DNA of 64,000 bases from positions 640,001-704,000 of the forward strand of contig OY762209.1 in NCBI GenBank assembly GCA_963665295.1, written 5' to 3'. The DNA is from Syntrophorhabdaceae bacterium. Lineage in GTDB: Bacteria > Desulfobacterota > Syntrophorhabdia > Syntrophorhabdales > Syntrophorhabdaceae. Position 1 is the stretch's first letter. The number at the start of each line of letters is the position of its first letter. The translations under genes and the position numbers were made by a program. Below, piece by piece: positions 58,252-64,000 of the stretch. Under the pieces are notes generated by a model. It did not search any database, was not told the origin of the DNA, and saw only the letters and a program-made list of their open reading frames with translations.

Positions 58252-59847
58252 ATGAACTTTGCAATGTTTTCAGGACTTAACGCAAGTAAGTTTCCAAAAC
58301 GAGAGTTCATCATCGAGAGCTACCCGTCGAAAGGTTTGAGGAGGAGCCTTACGTGGGAACAGTTTGATGACCAGGCAAACAAATTCGCCAACTACCTGAC
58401 GAAAGAATGTGGAGTCGGGAAGGGCGACGTAGTCCTTCATCTTATGATGAACTCCATGGAGTGGTATGCCAGCTATATCGCCGTGCTGAAAACGGGCGCC
58501 ACGGTGACACCGCTGAATTTCCGCTTCGCAAGTGCCGATATCAAGTATGCGGCGGACGTGACAAAGTGCAAGGCTTTTCTCTTCGGCGAACAGTTCCTCG
58601 CAAGGGTAGAGCCCATAATGAAGGATATGGATTACTGCAAGAACTTCATCTGCCTCGGTGCGAACGTGCCCGCAAATATCAAGTCCTATGCCGACATAAT
58701 GGCAAAGGGCGATCCGGCCCCGTGCCTCGCGGACACCAAGGATGACGACATGGCGGAGCTCATGTTCACCTCGGGCACCACGGGAGCACCCAAACCGGTG
58801 TCTCACACGCACCAGACGCTCTTCTACATAGGCATAGGCAACGCCCTTACCTACAACGAGGGGTACAGCAGCGTATACCTCTCACCTCATCCGTTCTACC
58901 ACAGCGGCACTCTCTTCCTTTCCTTCCCCTCCTACATCGCCGCAGGGAAAGTCCTCATGGCCATGGAAACACAGCCGGAATTCTACCTCCGCTCCATGGC
59001 GGACGAGAAATGCACCGGAGGATGGAACACGGTGCCCACATGGTCCGACGTAATCAACGCCATCAAGACGGGAGCGGTCGATCTTTCGAAATATGACCTT
59101 TCCGCCCTCCGTCATATCGAGATCGGCGCCCAGCCGGTCCCGTACATACTCCTGGAAGACTCGAAGAAGATATTCCCGAAGATTCCCATCGCCAACATCT
59201 ACGGTATTACGGAAGGCGGAGGCGGAGGCCTTACGAACTGCTATGACGAGGACATTATGAGGAAACCGGGCTCCATCGGAAAAGCCACGGCCTTCATGGA
59301 GGCAAAGGTTGTCGATGGAAACGACAACAGACTGACCGGCGGCAAGGTGGGCGAGCTTCTTCTCAAGGGTCCGCGCCTCATGAAGGAATACGCCTTCAAC
59401 CCGGAGATGACGGCCAAGACCATAAAGGATGGCTGGCTCTACACGGGCGACCTCGCCTATGAAGACGAAGAAGGGTTCATCTTCTTCGCGGACAGGTCCA
59501 AAGACCTTATCATCAGGGGCGGCGAAAACATCTTTCCCGCCGAGATCGAGGACGCCCTGAGAAAGTTCCCGAAGGTTGCCGACGTGGCCGTTTTCGGATA
59601 CCCCCATCCGCGCCTCGTGGAGATCGTTATGGCCGTGATTCAGCCGAAAGAAGGCCAGACCATCACCGACGAAGAGATCATCGAGTTCTGCAAGAGCAAG
59701 GGCCTCGCAAAATACAAATGGCCCGAGAAGATGGTATATGAAACCATCCCTCGTAACCCCGCGGGCAAGATCGAGAAACCGAAGCTGAGAGAAATCTATG
59801 TGAAACCCGCAAAAGAAGCGATGGAAAAAGAGTTCAAGAAACAATAA
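58252..59847 (+). CDS. Class I adenylate-forming acyl-CoA ligase
   Basis: FTSGTTGAPK, YGITE, TGD, DRSKDLIIRGGEN, GKIEK. Confidence 0.93.
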   Translation: MNFAMFSGLNASKFPKREFIIESYPSKGLRRSLTWEQFDDQANKFANYLTKECGVGKGDVVLHLMMNSMEWYASYIAVLKTGATVTPLNFRFASADIKYAADVTKCKAFLFGEQFLARVEPIMKDMDYCKNFICLGANVPANIKSYADIMAKGDPAPCLADTKDDDMAELMFTSGTTGAPKPVSHTHQTLFYIGIGNALTYNEGYSSVYLSPHPFYHSGTLFLSFPSYIAAGKVLMAMETQPEFYLRSMADEKCTGGWNTVPTWSDVINAIKTGAVDLSKYDLSALRHIEIGAQPVPYILLEDSKKIFPKIPIANIYGITEGGGGGLTNCYDEDIMRKPGSIGKATAFMEAKVVDGNDNRLTGGKVGELLLKGPRLMKEYAFNPEMTAKTIKDGWLYTGDLAYEDEEGFIFFADRSKDLIIRGGENIFPAEIEDALRKFPKVADVAVFGYPHPRLVEIVMAVIQPKEGQTITDEEIIEFCKSKGLAKYKWPEKMVYETIPRNPAGKIEKPKLREIYVKPAKEAMEKEFKKQ

Positions 59848-59867
59848 GCGAACCGGTCCCGCACAAG

Positions 59868-59915
59868 ACGGGGGAGGGCCTGCGCAAGCAAGCGGGCCCT
59901 CCCCCGTAAATTTTT
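59868..59915 (+). terminator. Rho-independent terminator
   Basis: ACGGGGGAGGGCC-loop-GGCCCTCCCCCGT followed by AAATTTTT. Confidence 0.7.
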
Positions 59916-60503
59916 GAGTCGTACCCCGGCCCATGCGCGAATATGCCTGATTCAATGCGTCAATGAATGAAGGCGTGATGCCTTCGTCCCGGCGTCGCGG
60001 CAAGGATATCCGCCTATTCCGGTCCCTTTCAATTATCCTTTCGGCACGCACCTTCCGCCGGTTTCATTGCTTCCGTCCATCGCGAACAGTGTTCTCACGA
60101 CCTTGCTTGAGCAGGTTCTTCTAGACAAGGCCCATGTGCGTGTGTATCTTATATTTATCTGTCGCAACCGGATTCAATGGTTAACTGCCACACAGGCTGT
60201 ATGATTAGGGGGATTCCGTGAGAAGAGGGAAGAATACGGCAGACGTTTTGGGAGTAATAGCCCTTTTCTCGTCTTTTGTTTCTGTGCCGCCAATCCAGGG
60301 TTTACCGACAACCGGCAGGGCATGTTCTATGGCGCCGACGCGATACGCAATGGGGATTACAGGACTGCTCTCGCTCAATTTGGAAAAGCAAGCCGGGGGG
60401 CCGGGAAGATCCATGCCGGCCCGACCTTTTGAGGGCCACGAAACGATGTGATTTTTGCAAGGCCTACTGCCTCGGCCTCATTTAATACAAAAGGAGGAGA
60501 AGA

Positions 60504-63005
60504 ATGAACCGTAATGTATTCGGCACCGGTATCAGCGTTGCCCTGACCGCCGCCTGCGCGGTCAACCCCGCGGTAGCCCAGCAGATCTACGGCACCCCGG
60601 GCTCGCCCAGCTCCACCATGACCATCGAGGGCAGCCAACTGCCGCCTCAGCCCCAGAAGTTCAAGGGTACAATCGGACGCACCGCGGAAGGGTCGAAGCC
60701 ATATTGGCCGGCTCGCGTCGTGCCGCCAAAGGGAGCTCCCAATGTGCTCATCATCATGACCGACGATTCGGGCTACGGGGTCCCAGGCACCTTCGGGGGC
60801 GTGATCCCCACGCCGGCACTGGACCGTATTGCCGCAAACGGATTGCGGTACACCAACTTCCATTCGACGGCCTTGAGTTCTCCCACCCGGGCGGCGCTCA
60901 TCACGGGACGTAATCACCACTCCAGCGGCTATGGGGTCATTGCCGAACAGGCAACCGGCTTTCCCGGTTATGACAGCTTTATTACCAAGGACAAGGCAAC
61001 TATAGGCCGGGTGCTCAGGGACAACGGTTACGCCACATCGTGGTTCGGAAAGAATCATAACACGCCGGAGTTTCAGGCAAGCCAGGCGGGCCCCTTCGAC
61101 CAGTGGCCCATCGGCATGGGTTTCGAGTATTTTTACGGATTCATGGGGGGCGACACAAATCAGTGGCAGCCGAACCTTTTCCGCAACACAACCCAGATCT
61201 ATCCTTTTGAAGGCAAGGAAGGGTGGAACCTCACTACCGCCATGGCCGACGATGCGATCGACTACATGGCACGCATGAACGCGCTCACGCCCGACAAGCC
61301 GTTTTTCGTCTACTATGTCCCCGGCGGAACTCATGCGCCCCATCATCCGACGCCCGAGTGGATCAAAAAAATCAGTGACATGCACCTCTTTGATCAGGGC
61401 TGGAACAAACTCCGGGAGACCATATTCGCGAACCAGAAGCGCCTCGGCGTGCTCCCGGCCAATGCGAAGCTCACCCCGTGGCCGAAGGAGATTCTCAAAG
61501 AATGGGATCAGCTCACCGCGGATGAGAAGAAGCTTTTCATCAGGCAAGCCGACGTGTTTGCCGCCTATGTGGCCTATACGGACCACGAGATCGGCCGCGT
61601 GATTCAAGCGGTCGAGGATATGGGAAAGCTTGACAATACCCTCATCATCTACATTAACGGCGATAACGGCACGAGCGCGGAGGGCCAGATGAACGGCACG
61701 CCCAACGAAATTGCCATGTTCAACGGCGCCAATCCCTCGGTTGAGGAGCAACTCAAATATTTCTACGATGCGTGGGGATCAGACAAAACGTATAACCATA
61801 TGGCGACGCCATGGGCATGGGCCTTCGATACGCCTTTCTCGTGGACAAAGCAGGTTGCATCACACTTAGGCGGCACAAAACAGGGCATGGCGATCTCCTG
61901 GCCCACGGTGATCAGGGAAAAGGGCGGCATCCGCCACCAGTTCCACCACGTCATCGACATTATGCCTACCGTTCTGGAGGCAGCCAAGATCAAGCAGCCG
62001 AAGATCGTGGACGGCATCAAACAGAGCCCCATCGAAGGGGTCAGCATGCTCTATACCTTCGATAAGAAGAATGCGAACGCGCCATCCACGCGCAAGACCC
62101 AATACTTCGAGATGATGGGCGACCGCGCGATCTACCATGACGGCTGGATGGCCGGGACCAAAGTGATGCGCGCTCCCTGGGACGTGACAGCCCTGCCCCG
62201 GGACCCCCTGACCTATCCGTGGGAACTTTACAACCTGAGGGACGACTGGACCCAAACCGAAGACCTTGCGGCAAAGAACCCCGTGAAACTGAAGCAACTG
62301 CAGGCCCTCTTCTGGAAGGAGGCGAAGAAATACAAGGTATTGCCCCTGGACACGACGGTGGTGGCCAGGATTATCACGCCCAGACCCAGCCTGACGGCGG
62401 GCCGCAAGGTCTTTACCTGGACCCGGCCCATCACGGGCGTCCCGAACGGCGACGCACCGAGCGTTCTCAACGCGTCGTACAATTTCAAGGCAGAGATCGA
62501 GGTCCCTGAAGGAGGTGCCGAGGGCATGCTCATCACGCAGGGCGGGAGATTTGCGGGATATGGCTTCTACCTCCTTAAGAACAAACCTGTTTTCGTCTGG
62601 AATTTGATGGACCTGAAGCGCGTGCGCTGGGAGGGGCCCGCGCTCACGCCGGGCAAGCACGTTATAGAGTTCGATTTCAGATACGCCGGCATGGGGGCAG
62701 GCACCATGGCCTTCGGCAGCTATGCCGGACTCGGTCGGGGCGGCACGGGCGTGCTGAAGGTGGACGGCAAGGATGTCGCCACTGAAAGGATGGAACACAC
62801 CATCCCTTTCATTCTTCAGTTTGATGAGTCTCTCGATGTAGGATCAGACACGCTGACCGGCGTTAACGACGCGGACTACAAGCCTCCCTTCAAGTTTACC
62901 GGGAGGATCGACAAGGTTACGCTCACCATCGACAGGCCTCAACTCTCGCCTGAGGATATCAGGAAACTGGAGGCGGCGAAACGCAACAACAAGGTAAGTG
63001 AATAG
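60504..63005 (+). CDS. Secreted Ser-type arylsulfatase with C-terminal beta-sandwich extension
   Basis: PNVLIIMTDD, SSPTRAALITGR (Ser at the formylglycine site), FGKNH, GDNG; signal peptide. Confidence 0.92.
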   Translation: MNRNVFGTGISVALTAACAVNPAVAQQIYGTPGSPSSTMTIEGSQLPPQPQKFKGTIGRTAEGSKPYWPARVVPPKGAPNVLIIMTDDSGYGVPGTFGGVIPTPALDRIAANGLRYTNFHSTALSSPTRAALITGRNHHSSGYGVIAEQATGFPGYDSFITKDKATIGRVLRDNGYATSWFGKNHNTPEFQASQAGPFDQWPIGMGFEYFYGFMGGDTNQWQPNLFRNTTQIYPFEGKEGWNLTTAMADDAIDYMARMNALTPDKPFFVYYVPGGTHAPHHPTPEWIKKISDMHLFDQGWNKLRETIFANQKRLGVLPANAKLTPWPKEILKEWDQLTADEKKLFIRQADVFAAYVAYTDHEIGRVIQAVEDMGKLDNTLIIYINGDNGTSAEGQMNGTPNEIAMFNGANPSVEEQLKYFYDAWGSDKTYNHMATPWAWAFDTPFSWTKQVASHLGGTKQGMAISWPTVIREKGGIRHQFHHVIDIMPTVLEAAKIKQPKIVDGIKQSPIEGVSMLYTFDKKNANAPSTRKTQYFEMMGDRAIYHDGWMAGTKVMRAPWDVTALPRDPLTYPWELYNLRDDWTQTEDLAAKNPVKLKQLQALFWKEAKKYKVLPLDTTVVARIITPRPSLTAGRKVFTWTRPITGVPNGDAPSVLNASYNFKAEIEVPEGGAEGMLITQGGRFAGYGFYLLKNKPVFVWNLMDLKRVRWEGPALTPGKHVIEFDFRYAGMGAGTMAFGSYAGLGRGGTGVLKVDGKDVATERMEHTIPFILQFDESLDVGSDTLTGVNDADYKPPFKFTGRIDKVTLTIDRPQLSPEDIRKLEAAKRNNKVSE

Positions 63006-63086
63006 AGCATGGTGACGACCCCGAAGGTAACGATTGCCCCGGGGTCGTCTGCTTCTTTGTGCCAATCTGAGATAAAGGGGGACTGA

Positions 63087-63398
63087 ATGGCAGGGATGTG
63101 TTGGCTGAAGACTGTATTCGCGGTAGCGGCAATGGTGGGCCTCTCCCTTCCGCTACGGGCGGAGCCGCCTCTCATGCGGATGACCACCCCGATTCCGCCG
63201 GGCATCGCATCGCCCCACAAGGTGGAGACGCGCCTCGACACCCTCAATTTCTTTGACGGTTTCCGGGACCGCGCCACAGTGGACAAGCTCTACGACAACC
63301 TCGATTTCCAACGGGCCGTCCAGACATACCTGTTTGCACTGCCTGTCGTGAGTCAGGCGGCCCCGAGCCGACTGAATGATGCGGGTTTTGCATCGTAG
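63087..63398 (+). pseudogene. N-terminal fragment of a DUF1254/DUF1214-type exported protein
   Basis: Signal peptide then MTTPIPPGI..VETRL.TLNFFDG..LYDNLDFQRAVQ.YL.ALP; stops at ~100 aa. Confidence 0.65.
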
Positions 63399-63407
63399 AT
63401 GAGACGC

Positions 63408-64000
63408 ATGAGCGACGGGAAGAAGGAAAAGAGACCCAAAAACGGACTTCAGGGTATCCACATGGTGGCGAAACCCATAGGCCCGCGCTGCAACCTCGAC
63501 TGTGAATACTGTTTCTATCTGGACAAGCAGGCCCTCTTCGGCCCCGACGAGAGGTATCGCATGCCTGACGAGATATTGAAGGCATATATCACCGGTTATA
63601 TCACGGGCCAACCCACGCCCTTCGTGGAGTTCGTGTGGCAGGGCGGAGAACCGACCCTGCTCGGCCTCGATTTCTTCAAGAGGGTAGTGGAACTGCAGAT
63701 ACCGTTTCTCGCGAGAAAAACGGTATCGAATTCCCTGCAGACCAACGGAACGCTTCTCACGGACGAGTGGTGCGCCTTTCTCAAGAAGCACCACTTCATG
63801 GTGGGACTCAGCCTTGACGGTCCGCGGAATATCCATGACCGGTACCGCCGCGACCGCACGGGGGCAGGTACGTTCGACCGGGTCATGAACGGCCTCAGGC
63901 TCCTGCAAAAACACGGGGTTGAATATAACATTCTCGCCTCCGTCGCCCGTGAGACGGCAAAGCATCCCCTTGAAGTCTATCGGTTCTTCAAGAATGAGGG
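63408..64000 (+). CDS. Anaerobic sulfatase-maturating radical SAM enzyme (anSME), 3'-truncated by window
   Basis: AKPIGPRCNLDCEYCFYLDK, WQGGEPTL, QTNGT, SLDGP; absent from the ORF track because it has no stop in the window. Confidence 0.92.
   Translation, partial: MSDGKKEKRPKNGLQGIHMVAKPIGPRCNLDCEYCFYLDKQALFGPDERYRMPDEILKAYITGYITGQPTPFVEFVWQGGEPTLLGLDFFKRVVELQIPFLARKTVSNSLQTNGTLLTDEWCAFLKKHHFMVGLSLDGPRNIHDRYRRDRTGAGTFDRVMNGLRLLQKHGVEYNILASVARETAKHPLEVYRFFKNE

Overview
A GC-rich chromosomal window from an anaerobic bacterium; the gene content suggests a syntrophic deltaproteobacterium (Syntrophorhabdus-like), which is inference only. Housekeeping and metabolic blocks are: selD, asparaginase, a liv ABC operon, a tyrosine-decarboxylase-like enzyme, an HD-GYP protein, LPS glycosyltransferases and kinase, rnc, two divergent acyl-CoA ligases, and a Ser-type sulfatase with its anaerobic maturase. 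Two accessory regions stand out. (1) 20.1-26.4 kb is an apparently uncharacterised RiPP cluster. It has three radical SAM/SPASM enzymes (one fused to an HprK-like P-loop domain), two Cys-rich precursor peptides sharing the leader LIVLVRxxPEEAVLxACK, a PqqD/RRE, and an S24/S26-type peptidase with Cys in place of the catalytic Ser. (2) 29.2-49.1 kb is a defence and mobility island. It holds a Lamassu/ABC-three-component system, a dual-OB + 2x DUF488 cassette, an IS110 interrupted by IS3 whose 3' non-coding region appears to carry guides matching its own target and donor junctions, IS1634, IS66 and IS30 remnants, REP-like repeats, a group II intron with a frameshifted RT, and a RelE/ParE-type toxin-antitoxin pair. 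No rRNA, tRNA or CRISPR array was seen. Family assignments come from motif recognition, not from database searches.
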